A stretch of DNA of 64,000 nucleotides from Hydrolagus affinis (lineage: Eukaryota): contig JAAILG010000605.1 of NCBI GenBank assembly GCA_012026655.1, forward strand, positions 1 to 64,000, read 5' to 3'. The notes beneath the pieces were generated by a model, which saw only the letters and a list, made by a program, of their open reading frames with translations, was not told the DNA's origin and made no database searches. This document shows positions 26,597-39,644 of the stretch, one piece after another. A program made the position numbers and the translations under genes. Every line of letters starts with the position of its first letter. Within the stretch, counting starts at the first letter, position 1.

Positions 26597-27150
26597 AATA
26601 AATCCTACAAAGTGCTTTCAAATATTGATGGTATAAAAAAGTGCTATATAAAACACAATTATTATTTATAATTTGCACAAGAAGTTCAGTTTTTACCCTT
26701 TCACTCATATTCCCGACATGAAAGGTGCTATACCAATGTAATTTTATTGTTGTTTGAACTAACTGAGCCCTACTTTAAGCGCTCTGAGATGCCGTTCGTC
26801 AAGGAGGGTGCTATATAAATCCAAGTTGTTGTTGTTGTACCTCATCTTATCTTCTTTTTGCTTCCACTAGATTTTTTCCCCCTAATCAACGAAATGTCAA
26901 CTCTGTAGCATTTGTGCCTAAAATTAAACTTGTACTAAAATTGTCATTGGATCCACAACAAAAAAGAAAAAAATCAAAGAAAAAATTCAAGAAATCACTT
27001 GAAACAAAAAACGCTGAGTGGAATATTGAGTAAATCCTAGTGTTTGATATAGAGCCTTATCACAACTACTATGCATTTCAAAATGCTTCCCCGGATACAC
27101 TGTAAAGTGAATTGACTGTATATTTTGTAGGTGAAACATGGTAGCAATTA
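26597..27150. mobile_element. Cluster of three plus-strand L2/SINE tails (26597-26838) and one minus-strand SINE fragment (27030-27150)
   Basis: GTGCTATA... motif repeated three times with (ATT)/(GTT) ends, plus a reverse-oriented GTAAAGTGAATTGACTGTATATTTTG. Confidence 0.7.
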
Positions 27151-30100
27151 ATAGTTCAATATTTACAGAATTGAAATATACCAAACTGCTCACATCAGAA
27201 TATAAATCTATTCATCAGCTGCAGAACAACATTCTTGTATTTAGTTCAGGTTGTAGTGTATAACATGACTAGAAAATGAAATTACCAGTATACTTTATTC
27301 TTAAATCAGAAACCAGTGCCAAGGATCATTCAATAATGTGAAAATGAATGAAATGTTCCAGTTTTAACAGCTGTCCAAACAATACAACAGTATGTAAGTT
27401 CTCTTGTCAGAGCCAGGCTTACACTGAGATGAATGGAACATTTAAACTTTCCATAATATTTAAGACTGTGTTTTTCAATTGACAAAAACTGATGAATCTC
27501 AGATCAGGCGATTACATTTCAATGACAGTCTACTGGTAAAATAAATCGTTTTATTAAAATAATCCCTGGATAGCTTTTTGTACTTCAAGCTATACAGCAA
27601 CAAATGGAACGTAAGAAAAGACTAGTCTGGTCGACCCTCCAAAGCACACTATAACATATGGTTTGCATGAAGCTAATCACGGATGTCAAGTGTTGACTCA
27701 AACATTTTAAAAATCCTTGCTTTGGACGAGCATGTGCATTGGATGATCATGAGCTAACCAATTTACTAGTCTTAAATACAGAAAATATAACCTACCAACG
27801 AGGCATTCTGGATTGCATACATCAATTACCAACTGCAGTATTAATGAGCCAATGTCAATAAACCAATTTTCCATGCATTTCAAATCCAAGGCTGGAAGGA
27901 TTGACTACTGGAATAATTAGAGCTAGCAGTGGGCCTTTATGGGAGCAGAACATTTAGAGCAGGAAGCATCAAGAAGTTGGCACCACCTTCAAATCAAACG
28001 GATCAATCTTGACTCAATGGAAGTTAGTGCAGTGAAGGATAGCTCTACTCAGTGAATTATTTGATTTCACACATCTTTAAGGGATATGGGGCAAGTGCAG
28101 GTAACTGGACTTGAGGTACAGATGAGCCATGATCTTATAAAATGGTGAAACAGGCTTGAGGGGCTGGATAGACTATTCTGGTATCCATGTATCTTCAAGG
28201 CAACATTCAGGAAGGAATAGACCATCAGTCTAACAGGGTTCCTTAATTTCATTAAACTTGAAATATACTAAAGCTGAATCCTTCCAGTTGACAGAACTTG
28301 GGCCTGGTTCCTATTTCAACATCAATGGAACGTAAACAAATCAATGAGTTTTGCCATCCATTTTGTAATAGTCAAAATGATACACATGTACATGTATTTT
28401 TATGGAGAAGAGACCTTGCAGCTAACTAACAGCTCAGTCATTATTCTAGTATTCTATTCCTTGAAGTAACAACTGGGTAAGAGGCAAGATTTTATTATTT
28501 TGTGGATAATGAATACTATAATGGTGTAATACAGCATATCCTCAGTTTTTAAAAAATATATACATTTGCTCAATCTTCAGACTTATTACGTATTCAGACA
28601 TCTAAAAGATGCTTTAATTTGCCAACTTAATATGCAATATTTCAGTAGTTTTCCATTTAACAGTTTGCTGTTGATTGAGGCAGATATGGTTAAATATTTT
28701 TGTTGTTGTTTTTTTTGAAAAAGGAATGTTGATGTTTACATAGAAATCAATTATCAGAATTACAACTCTAATACTAGATCACCAAAAAAATTGCACAAAC
28801 ATGTACCATTCCAGAAAAAAAAACTTGAATGCTTCTTGAAATCCTATTTTGAGTCTGGGTAGGGAGCATTCAAATGCCAAGGAAAAGGATTTGTTCCGAT
28901 ATCTTTGCTCTGAGGTTTGATTGCATCCCATGAATTTAATTGGTTCCGCAGAGTCTCATAGCCTTCAGCAGAAAGTTCAAGCAGTAGCTGTCAAATCTGG
29001 TCCTGTCTTCTCGCAGCTCACAGTCAAGCGATATGTGACAGTCACATGACAGGAAGGCCATGACTTCCGAGACAGCCTGATGAGTGAGATTAAAGACTCC
29101 AGCATCTAGAATCGATGCAAGCTGTTCGCAATAGTGGAAGGCGGATTAAGTGACTTGGTTGGCACTACGCTAGTTATGCTAAAACATCGCTCCATGTTCT
29201 GCATTCGGCATTCGCTATTCGCATTCGCCAGGTACCTATATGTCTAGGTACCTCACTATATGTCTAGGATTGTGTCCTTTGGTCGTTATCTTGAGATCTC
29301 CAGTTTCCTGCTCAATGCCTATCTCTGTATTTCTCAAGTGTTGATGTTACGTGAAAGGCTGTATATAAATGCTAATTGTAATGCATGGGCGATGGATATT
29401 ATATACAATATTGCTACAGTCAGCGATACGCCTCCTTCTAAAATGGGTTTGGCAGGGTAACCCATTGAGAGTTCTTTATAGAACAGATGCCAGTCTTGGC
29501 ATAAACTTCACCACTGCCTTCCAAGTCAAACAAACTTTGATATCACCAGTGGTTTTCCATACAGCTGTTACAATACAATAGTTATTTTTCAAAAGTTGCC
29601 TTGCTTGCCTTTCAAATTTTCAAAATTCTTGCGTGTAGTTTCCAAGAACTGGCTCATATGCATTCATTTGAACTGAGTTCTATGCACACCTGAGACAGGA
29701 TTAGAGTGCATGTTCTTTTTTCAACTGGCCCTTCAATAACCATTTTTATGCTCAAAGAAAATGTAACGGGGCTAAGGTTTTTTGTTAAAAAAAAGTTTAA
29801 ATTGAGTAAATTCAAACTAAATGGTGAGACATTCCAAATATTTTCCTATTTACTTTGTAACCAGCAACATGGGGTGTTCATAATTCACTTAACAGTGAAC
29901 TTGGGGTCTGCACTATAATTGAGTGTCTGTATTCCAGACGTTTTAAAAGAATAAAACTATCAAGAGCAACTGCTAAAACTAGAACTACTGCAAATACTGG
30001 CAAGAATAACTCGACTTATTCCAGGTAGTTCAGAAACAAATTGACAGTCAAATGTAACAAATGTAAAATTGGTGCAATGGGCAGCACTACACCATGTAAT

Positions 30101-30436
30101 GATCGAGATCACGATCCATACAGTAAAATGGCAGTCACTGAGATCGAACTGTTATCCCAAGGTAATGAAGGATAAAATCCAAGTGTGTTATCTCACACAC
30201 GCATACCTCAATTTAAGAGTGGTTCTGCCATTGACTAGAGATGAGATTATCATCAACTCCCTAGGTAAGGAATAGTACTCAAAATGGGAAGACGTTTCAT
30301 CATGTTTTGCTTGTTTCAACATCTTTCAATTTAACTGTCTAACTTAATATTTCCACCAAATTGAACCTTTAAAAACTTTCACATGTCCAAATACATTATA
30401 TCCATTAGGTAATCCACATTCAGCAGTTCAGTTACT

Positions 30437-30600
30437 TAGAATCATGGAATCATAGAATCTTATGGCACAAAAGGAGGCCATTTGGCCCATCTAGTCTGCG
30501 CTGGCTCTTTGAAAAGAGCAACTCAATCCCACTGCCCAACTCTCTCCCCATAACCTAACAAACCTGTTCTTCATAAATAAAGATCTAATTATCTTTTAAA
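30437..30600 (-). mobile_element. CR1-type LINE 3' end
   Basis: TAGAATCATGGAATCATAGAATC (reverse complement of the (ATTCTATG)n terminal repeat) followed by GGAGGCCATTTGGCCCATC. Confidence 0.75.
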
Positions 30601-31965
30601 AGCTGACTACTTAAAAGATTTCCAGTAGATTGATGAGAAATAACCAAATGGTTTTGTATCCCTGTTGACCAATCCTTTACAATATCTGTATTCTTGAGGT
30701 GAACACTATTATCATCCCATATGCTCTCATTCACTTTCTCCACTACAAGCATGAGGCTGACTGATCTATAATTTTCAGATCATTAGGTATAGTAGCTCCA
30801 GTCTTTACATATGTGACTTTGGCAGATACCTTTAGGAGTTTCACTCTTGTAGATATTAAGCTGTATCTCATCTGACCCGGTACCATTGTACACATAGTAC
30901 ACTTGTGTACACTCTGATCTGTAGAGCTAACATTGTACTGGGATTGACTAGTCTTGACTAGGGGGAAAAAAAGATGTGAAGAGTATATTTAGCAGAGCAT
31001 GACCTTCTAGATCTTACCCTATATTCCTTCATAACATTGATTAAAGCACCCAACAAACCACAGCTGGCATTGCAAAAAACTATTTTATGGATCCGAGTTA
31101 CTACTATTTACAATCTATTTAATGTCGCACCATTCACTTGCTCCAGTACTCTACCTCGGCAATGCTAGTGCTCACTCCTTTCCTTGTACCTCTTAGAAAT
31201 ATTTGACTTTTAGCTTTATTCTCATTGATTTACAGTCTTTAAAATTGTAACATGCAGGATTTGGGAAATGTCTTGAAATTCAAATCTTGATTTGGAAGCA
31301 GCTTAAAAATACCTGTGGAAAAACTAGCTTCAAAACGAAGAACAAAATTTAGAACTTTCCCAAACATCTTAAGACCATGAGGACGTTCAGGCCTCTGCAA
31401 AGGGTGCCATATGTGCTGGGTTGGATGATTTATTGTTGCAATCAAATTGGCTCAGTGTATATAGTCTAAGCTGAGTCATTGTGGAATCATTATTTAGATA
31501 CCGAACTTGGTGCCAGCCTATCTCCACTCCACCTGATACCACTCACAGTGCAGCTTTACAATGTCTAAGAGTGTTATTGTTGGACCTTCTGCTGTGAAGG
31601 CGGTGTGTGTATGTGTGACGGGGGTGGTGGGGAGGGGGTGGACATTAAGTTGTGCTCAATTATATAACTGCCAAAAGCAGCAGCGCTTCAGCTCTAGCCT
31701 ATTCTTTAACTTTCTGCCGAGGAATACATGTTTACATAATTCAAAAACAGTTCAAGATTGCACCTATCAAGACCATCTCAAGATAAACTATTCTACATCT
31801 GAAAAGAATACAAGTGGCAGATTGCCACACAACAAATCCTGGTGAGTCAGACATTACAGGTATTTTAATGTTTTTAAGAGTGGTTTTCTTGACTCAAGGT
31901 TGAAGCAGCCTCTGGAAATGTCATGCGAAAACGTTCAGCAAGCTGGGCAAGAGTAAAATAAATAC

Positions 31966-32123
31966 CTGGTAACAAATACAGCAGCGTCAACAGCTGGAGT
32001 GTCATCTTTTCCACCAGGCACCTGGTTATTCCCCAGATATTTAGCTCCCCCAAACTCCCTGTGCTGCCAATGGCAAAAGCTTTGCAGTGATCTCTCCCCA
32101 TGGTGTCCAACCAACAGTTTTTC
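31966..32123 (-). CDS. ADAMTS17: ADAMTS17 exon 6 ([53 protein letters not shown]), 158 nt
   Basis: [13 protein letters not shown] is ADAMTS17-specific. Acceptor TTTTATCTTTCAG, donor CAG|GTATTT. Confidence 0.97.
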
Positions 32124-32152
32124 CTGAAAGATAAAAGAAAATATTTTTTGTT

Positions 32153-32572
32153 TAAGAACATAAGAAATAGGAGCAGAAGTAGACCATTTGGCCCCTTGAG
32201 CCTGCCCCACCATTTAATAAGATTGTGGCTGATCTTCCAACCTAATTCCATTTACCTGGTCTATCCCTTTATCCTTTAAACCCTCTATCCTTTAGAAATC
32301 TATCAATCTCAGTCTTGAATATGTTCAAGCTGAACATCCACAGCCTTTTGGGGGTAGAGAATTCCATAAATTCACTTCCCTTTGAGTGAAGAAATGTTTC
32401 CTCAACTCTGTTTGAAAAGGCTGGACCTTAATCTTGAGACTGTGACCCCTAGTTTTAAATTCTCCAACCAGAGGAAATAGTCTCAAACTGTCTACTCTGT
32501 CAAGCCCCTTAAGAATCTTCTAAGTTTCTATAAGATCACCTCTAATTCTTCTATATTCTACAAAATATAGGC
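32153..32572 (-). mobile_element. CR1 LINE 3' fragment (ORF2 end plus 3'UTR) filling most of intron 5
   Basis: Minus frames give RRIRGDLIET..., LFPLVGEFKTRGHSLKIK and HFFTQREVNLWNSLP. Ends in TTTCTTATGTTCTTA. Confidence 0.9.
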
Positions 32573-32882
32573 CTAGATTAATACAAATAACTTGTTACGA
32601 AAGGAAGGTGAATAAAATACAAAAAACATCCACAGAAAGTTAACTTGAAAGTGATGTTCCCACACGGAAAATATCTTTCTGTTTCTAAAATTGCATGAGA
32701 AATTATCCACAATTCCCTGGTTGCTCAACAAAACAGCAATTTTCAAAAAGGCCAAGCGTAAACAATTGATTCAGGTGCAATTTAAAAATATAAACTCAAC
32801 ATCATCCAGCTTCTTTGTACTCTGGTCAGTCTATTGCTCTTTCTTCTCTTCCCCTGCCAATGGGAAACACACACACACTTAC

Positions 32883-32966
32883 TGGACGATGGTGAAGCAG
32901 AACTAGTTTTGTTACTCGAATATTGATTTTGATTCCCAAACTGTGATGTTGAAACATGTTGTATAC
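32883..32966 (-). CDS. ADAMTS17: ADAMTS17 exon 5 ([28 protein letters not shown]), 84 nt
   Basis: Manual translation (this frame is not in the ORF track). Acceptor TTCTTGTTGCAG, donor CCA|GTAAGT. Confidence 0.97.
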
Positions 32967-33566
32967 CTGCAACAAGAAGAAGAAGAAAAAAAGTATGACT
33001 GTAAGGATTTACCAATTTAGATTTTTTTTTAAAATCAGGCAGATACATTCCTTTTCCTATTGTAAAGTGTTATTTGTCTCATCTTCATCTCTCTGACATG
33101 ATGTACAATTTTACAATAAATCGGATACTGGGTGCTGTCCTCAGTCTCTACGAATGCTCCTTGAGCTACTTGTTCCCAAGTGTGCGTAAATGTTCAGTGG
33201 AGAACAGTACAATCATTCCTCGTTGTTTGTGTAAAACAACTTGGTTGACTTAAGACAGGGCATCATATTTTGTTTTTATCCAGCAACTTAATAACTGTGT
33301 TATCAAGAAGCTCATCTACATTATCCTAATCCTGTGCTGTGTAGGCAGGTCAGTCTAAAGAATAATCTACACAAGGCAGCAAAGCTAAACTCTGTTGAGG
33401 TAGTGGTCATGTTATTCCTTAAATGGTTCGGAAACTCCCAAGACCCTTTTACAGTATTTTTTTTTTAAAAAGTGTAACTTTTTAAAAATAAAACAAACCA
33501 AGTACCATGCTTTAACAGACAATGCAACATGTGACCCTGTTGGATGAATTTTTCCATCTGAATTTT

Positions 33567-33650
33567 ACAACAACAACAACAACTTCGATTTATATAGCGC
33601 CCTCCACGCCGGACGGCGTCTCAGAGCACTTCACAACAACGGATCCCAGG
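33567..33650 (-). mobile_element. L2-type tail, variant C
   Basis: (CAA)n CTTCGATTTATATAGCGCCCTCCACGCCGGACGGCGTCTCAGAGCAC matches the end of the L2 fragment at 57130-57381. Confidence 0.8.
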
Positions 33651-33894
33651 ATTTTAGGCTGATTAGGACAGAGATGTTTTTGTTGTACTGTTTATTCATG
33701 TTGGAGAACACAGTGTAAATCATGGTACACTGTGACCACTCGCAAAGGGAATAACATTGCTCTGTTAATGAACTTTATCTCGTTGCCACTTCATGAATAG
33801 CTTTATGATGTGCGGTTCACGACGTTTGTGCGAGCACAAAATCAGTTTCTATTCCTCCTGAGGAGCTATCCAATCTCAGACAACAATCTCCCAG

Positions 33895-34064
33895 ATAAAA
33901 TTGGTCATTCACTTCATGGCCGTTCGTGGGCCAATGCTGTGGACAAACTGACTGCTGTGATTGCCTACAAATACACCATAACCACTTCACAGTAAAAATC
34001 CAGTGTTTGAAACATCACAACAACATGAAAAGACGCTGTATCAGATGCAAGGATTTTTGTTGTT
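33895..34064 (+). mobile_element. Diverged SINE 3' half
   Basis: TTGGTCATTC..GTTCGTGGG..GCTGTG..TATCAGATGCAAGGATT. Confidence 0.6.
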
Positions 34065-34420
34065 ATGAAAGCAATCTTGCTACCACATCATGTTTCAGCC
34101 CAGCTATGAACTGCTGAAATTCACCCAAATACGACAAGTGACAGGCAGCTCTGAGATTCCAATTGCTTAATCTACAGGACTGCAGACCAGCGTACTGAAC
34201 CTTGTAAATCCCAGTACCCCTCTTTAAAAAAGTTAAGTTTTGCGGAGGAGAGACAAAACAAAGCTTTTGATGCCAGAAATCTGAAATACACACAGCTGAT
34301 TTAGCAGCTGTGTTTATTTCTATTCTTTTTTTAAAAAAATTACAGGTTTCCAGGATCCTTTCTTCTTCCCCTCACACTTTCCAGATCCATAAATGTAGAA
34401 GGAGGTTAAAGCTAAACATT

Positions 34421-34670
34421 GTGTTTCAGCCACAAAATACAGTCAATGGATTTTACAGTATATTCTGTGAAGCGCTTTGAGAAGCCTCAATGACTTGATA
34501 AGGTGCTATATCAAATGCAAGGATTATTATTATAGACTGATGCACACAAACCAACCTCATTTATTTGGTGGTAAAACTTGTTGCTATAAATATAATAATA
34601 ATCCTTCCATTTGGTATCACACCTCATTGTGTCATTAAATGTCAAAGTGCTTCACGGGAAGTATTTTGGG
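34421..34670. mobile_element. Tail-to-tail pair of SINE fragments (+34421-34533, -34592-34670)
   Basis: TGTGAAGCGCTTTGAG..TATCAAATGCAAGG(ATT)n, followed after about 60 nt by (TAA)n TCCTTCCATTTGGTAT..CAAAGTGCTTCACG. Confidence 0.8.
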
Positions 34671-37600
34671 GGTGAACATTGCAAGAGCCTCAGTACTTGA
34701 TAAAGGCAGTGGTGCTGGTAAAATGGATGCAGTGTACCATTCGGTAATTGAAAGACTAGTTTTTTTTTAAACAGAGAACTGGTAAAACAAATCTTGCCTT
34801 AGTATTTATTCCTCATTTAGATGAGTGTTCCAATTCGAAACACTGAAGGCAAATTAAGAAATTTACAAAGGAATCTCAGTCCAGGCATATGTAGTAATGA
34901 ATTAAGCAATTTCCCCACCGAAAAGTGCCAGCTAATTATTTTTGTTGCAATCAATCTCTGATTTTAGGAATTCCTTGTATAGGGCCTCTCAGTTGAGGGA
35001 ATGCCACATCATAGTTTGAGATGAAGGCCTTGGCAGTATTGTACAGATATGCATTAGTCAACTTGCCAAAGTATCCTGGATCAAGTTATCAATACTGGCA
35101 TGAGCACAACCTTGGTGCAAACAAAGCACAAGCATCTCGGCCTCACTGGACCCTCCCCTACACGAGCTATAAATTTCCCATTCATTCTGCTTGTAGTTGC
35201 CATGTCAAACACCTGGAAAAATCCAAGATGCAGTAACTGTGGTATGTGCATCGAGATTGTTAAGGAGTGAACTTTCGGAAAATATACATCATAAAACCAT
35301 AGCTGAGATGCGATAAAAAATTGATGCACGTTTACCAATACTGCTGGCTAGCTTCTCACATCTCTTTAACCTCAGCCTATCAATCTCTATTTAGCTGAGG
35401 CCAGCAAGAATGCTTACAGTGGGGGGCCAAAAAAAATGATCAGTGTATTTGATAAAAAAAACCTCCACAATAGAACAACAAAGAATACAGCAAAATAACT
35501 TAGATATTGCACATACCAACAACTCACTCACAAATCTGGGAGAGTGAAGAGCTGACTGAATGCCTACTGGAGCTATGGATTTATATACAGAATCAGAATA
35601 GACTGTCAGTGATATAAAGGAAGATGTCAGTCAGCTAACAGCTGGAGCAGGCTTTTCGGAGAAAATTATTGGGAGGGAGATTGGAACTGCTCCTGCCATA
35701 AAACATACAGTGAGATCCTCCCTTTGGCTCTACCCAAGTTAATGCCTTTCCGTCAGTTTTCAACAATTTCAGAAACAAATAGCTGTGGAAGAGGGGGAAG
35801 AAAGGGACCGGCTGGTAACCATTTAAGAGCATTACCATTATCATGCATTTTAATACAAAATCTAATTATTAATCAACTAACTTTCTTTTTTTGCAATATT
35901 CTCTTTTAACCATTCGAATGCCACTCCTACAAACCCCCACAGCTAGACTGGCTGCTTTGTATCACATCAGTGGCTCCCATGCCTTGCTTTGGAGTTGAAA
36001 ACCACAGAGATTGGCAAGCTAAGGCATACAAAACGACCCCGTGAATCTTTCCTATTTGCGCTCGCCTATCAGGGCAGTTCTGGGCCAATCTGAATCACAA
36101 CGCTTGCACCTTGGTAAATTTGCTTGGTCGGGGAGGGGGAAACCGCAAAATGAAACTGAGAAAAGAGAATCGGTGGAAGGCTGGGGTGGAAAAGTGAAAG
36201 CAATAAAAGATAGAATAGGACATGGGATAGTACAACAAACGCTTTTGAAGCATGTTATACTCTGTGATATTAGGGTTAATATTACAGTAATGAGAAGCTA
36301 TCCAGATGTCTGACAGCTACTATATTGTAAGCTTTTCAGTGTAGCATATGAACTGCAAATATACATAAACAGTGAGCCCACAGAGCAGGAGTTAAACATA
36401 GACTTGTAGTCAGTATGAGCATCAGCAGCGAGCACTAATAAAAACATTATAGTACTTGGCTATAAGTTGGGAGACATTGTGCCTGACCATGTGAATGCAG
36501 AATTAACAGAAGTAGGGAGAGTCACTCAAGCCGTAATGTCATTTCCAGCTCCATCTTCTTCCAAGTCTATCTTCACTAACAGTTTAAAGCAATAATCTAC
36601 AAATCAACAAACGCCCAAGGTCAATATTTTTATGATCTCCAGAGACACTGCAACTGTGCTGGAGATAGTAAAACTTATCCCAATAATGTAAAAATGTTCA
36701 ACAATTGCCAGACTGATTGCATCAGCTGATGCAAAGTCTAACCTTTGTACAGTAAGCTAGCGGCTGCTTTTTTTTTACTAGAGCAGTAAAGTGGATGTGT
36801 TGCTTCGAGTCTACTGTGCGCCCTTCGTAATGCTCAACGGCACTGTTAGGGTTAAACCAATGCATATGATAGACAAGCGGTAGCAAAAATAAGCATTAAC
36901 AGAAACACAGCAGAATCCTGGAATGCATGTTTGAAGACAAAAGCCTACAGTGACTCCTCGTAAAAAAAATGATAATTGATCATAGCACAGGCTGTTCCAA
37001 ATCCCCAAATATTCATCCAAATTGTCACCGACCACAAGTTGCGTTGCGAACAGCAAATCTTCACCAGGCCGGTGCAATCAAGAGATGGGTGTTACTGCAG
37101 GATTCATTTAGATTAAGTCGAAAAAAATTCACATAGGTTCAGCAGGCAAAGCTCGGAGAAAGAGATGCTTGAATATATTCAAAAGTTATTTTGTAAAAGT
37201 ACAAAGCCTGGACAGTGATTGATTAGATATTTGAAATGTGTTCAATACCACAAGGGTATAGAAATCCTACTGAAGCCAGTAAAGCAACACAAGCAACGGA
37301 AGGCATAGCAATAAAGCAGCGGGTTAAAGTCTATGAAAAGGATTCAAGCACAATAAAGCATAATAAATATTTATATGAATCTCAACACATTCAGAATTGA
37401 TATATTGTACATGTAAACTCTGAAACAATTTCTTTTGTGTTAAAGCTTCCGCCGAAGGAAGTGCGGTTTATTCACACAACCAAAGCAGCCCAGCGAGATT
37501 TCTTTTTACTAATTTACTTTGTATGCAGTGCTTATCAAGGATGTGTGGTCCATCATAGTAATTAATACAGCTCATAAGGAAGACATGTTTTCACAGTGAA

Positions 37601-37697
37601 ACAACTCAGCATTCAGACACAAAACAAAGCTCCGTTTGTCTTTTCTATCAGCGGAAGGAACGTGTTACTATTAACTTCAGTATTTTGTGCAACGTAC

Positions 37698-37861
37698 CAT
37701 GTTCATAACAGTCAGGATAAACCTTTGAGCAGCTTCAGCCCCATGATAGTGAACCATGTCAGCATCTGCCACCACCAGTGTTTCCACAGTGTATGCATTC
37801 GTTAATCGAATGACATTTCTTCTTGCTCGCCAGACATCTGCTTTCTTTAGTTTCTTTTTGC
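37698..37861 (-). CDS. ADAMTS17: ADAMTS17 exon 4 (furin site RARR, start of catalytic domain: [40 protein letters not shown]), 164 nt
   Basis: Near-identical to human ADAMTS17 [31 protein letters not shown]. Acceptor TCTCTTCTAG, donor ATG|GTACGT. Confidence 0.97.
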
Positions 37862-38142
37862 CTAGAAGAGAAATTTGCATGTTCAGTTTGCAACTCTATG
37901 AAAAAACTGATTCAAGTTACCAAACGTTTCCCCCAGTAACCCAAGGGCAGAAAATGCAAGAAAGAGGGCACCAAATTTTCCCTCTCACCAAGTGCAGACT
38001 CATCCTGGATTCAGTTGAATCCCAGAGGTTCGAGGTGGGGGATTGAAAATGAAAGAGGAAGAAAAAACAGGTGGTCATAACTGAGCCTAATCTTTGCCCT
38101 TGGGTCCAGTAATAGAGATCAAAAACTTCCAAGCCTTCCACT

Positions 38143-38337
38143 TAATAATAATCCCTCAAAAAAAATTGGTCATTTCAATCCACGACTGTTTGTGGGACAC
38201 TGCTGTGCGCAATTGGCTGCCGCATTTCGCCTTCATATACAGTCAGTTCCCTTTACAGTATATTCTGTGGAGCGCTTTGAGACATCAAGAAGACATGAAA
38301 AATGAAATATCAAATGCAAGGATTGTTATTATTATTT
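38143..38337 (+). mobile_element. 5'-truncated SINE (main family)
   Basis: TAATAATCCCTCAAAAA..TTGGTCATTTCAATCCACGACTGTTTGTGGGACACTGCTGTGCGCAATTGGCTGCC..ATCAAATGCAAGGATT. Confidence 0.9.
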
Positions 38338-39580
38338 ATAGCGATTCAGTCATTGAAGTGAAGTTAGGACCGTCCTGGTCATGGTGGCTCGGTTTCATGC
38401 TGCACAGCAGCTACACCAACTGAGCGATTGGACAACTCTGAAACAGAGGAGGTTTACATTGGGATTCTAAACTTTCTAACGAGAGAGTTCATCATATTAA
38501 TCAACACCCCCTTAGCAAAAACCCTCTCCCAGGGAATAAATACCAACTCAGATGATCGTTCCAAAAACTGTAATCTTCTGCATGTGGCTGAGTCTATTCA
38601 AGTCATCAAGGGGATAACACATGTTCTGCTGTTTCCAATTGAAATTAGAAATAAAGGACGAATGTATGCAAATTTTTCCAACATGGAGCATCTAAACCTG
38701 CCAAGCTGAATGATTAGATGTCCTCAGGCACAGTAATTTCTGTGGTCAGACAAAGCCATTTCATTATAAACCATGTAACATTACCAAAAAAAAAGGAGTA
38801 TAAAAATAATTAACCCCCTCATCAATACTCACTTTGGATTCAGACTTTGTAAACAGAATTTGACTGCCGTTGGAGCAAAGACCCTGCTCACATAAGCACA
38901 AACTTCATCTAATTTTAACTCAACAGCTGTACTCATTACACTGTTATTAGAGATTAAAATTAAATAGCAGTTTATCTTTATGACAAGTGTGCTCCATCAC
39001 AAGTGTAGGTTTACCTCATGTTGCTTGATAACGTGAGATTGTAACTCTTAAATGTCCAAACATTTTTGGCTTTCTTGCCACTCAGAAAGAACTTCTTCAA
39101 AATAAAAATCTTCTGCCAAGGAGCAGAAATCAAGCCTGAATTTACTATTGAAGACTCTTCTCTACATTCTCTACAAACCTCTCCCACAAACATTGATGTA
39201 GCATTTTGTTCTCAGGATCACAAGTCTGTTTAGATGAAGAAAGCCCTTTGGGCCATTTTATCCCTCCAGAATACCCACCCTATGGGTTGGATGACAACCC
39301 AGAACCCTCAGACAACCCAGAGCCTTTGCAAGGATCAAGGACATGATCTGAGTTGAGTTCCAAAACCATACTCACAATGTTCAACTAGCCAATTAACACA
39401 CATCTAAATTTGCATTTTCAATCAGACCCCAGTTTGTATCCATGGACTGTTGCCAGTGTCAAGATGTAGAGACGGCTCTCTAAATTGTACAGCACTTATT
39501 CAAAAGGTAAAATTCAATGAGTTGCCCTTGATCCCAATTCCACTATTCAATATTGCGTTAATACTGTACTTAATTTCATT

Positions 39581-39644
39581 TCAGCGCCTTGGGACGTCCT
39601 CCCGACGTGAAAGGTGCTTTATAAGTTTAAGTTGTTGTTGTTGT
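39581..39644 (+). mobile_element. L2-type tail, variant B
   Basis: AGCGCCTTGGGACGTCCTCCCGACGTGAAAGGTGCT...(GTT)n. Related copies at 1410-1468, 53068-53118, 41018-41070(-), 48027-48102(-) and 63161-63224(-). Confidence 0.8.

Noticed and set aside
34283-34320. Small hairpin with two CAGCTG E-boxes
   Set aside because: A 9-bp stem built on self-palindromic hexamers is plausible by chance in 64 kb and is too short for a pre-miRNA.
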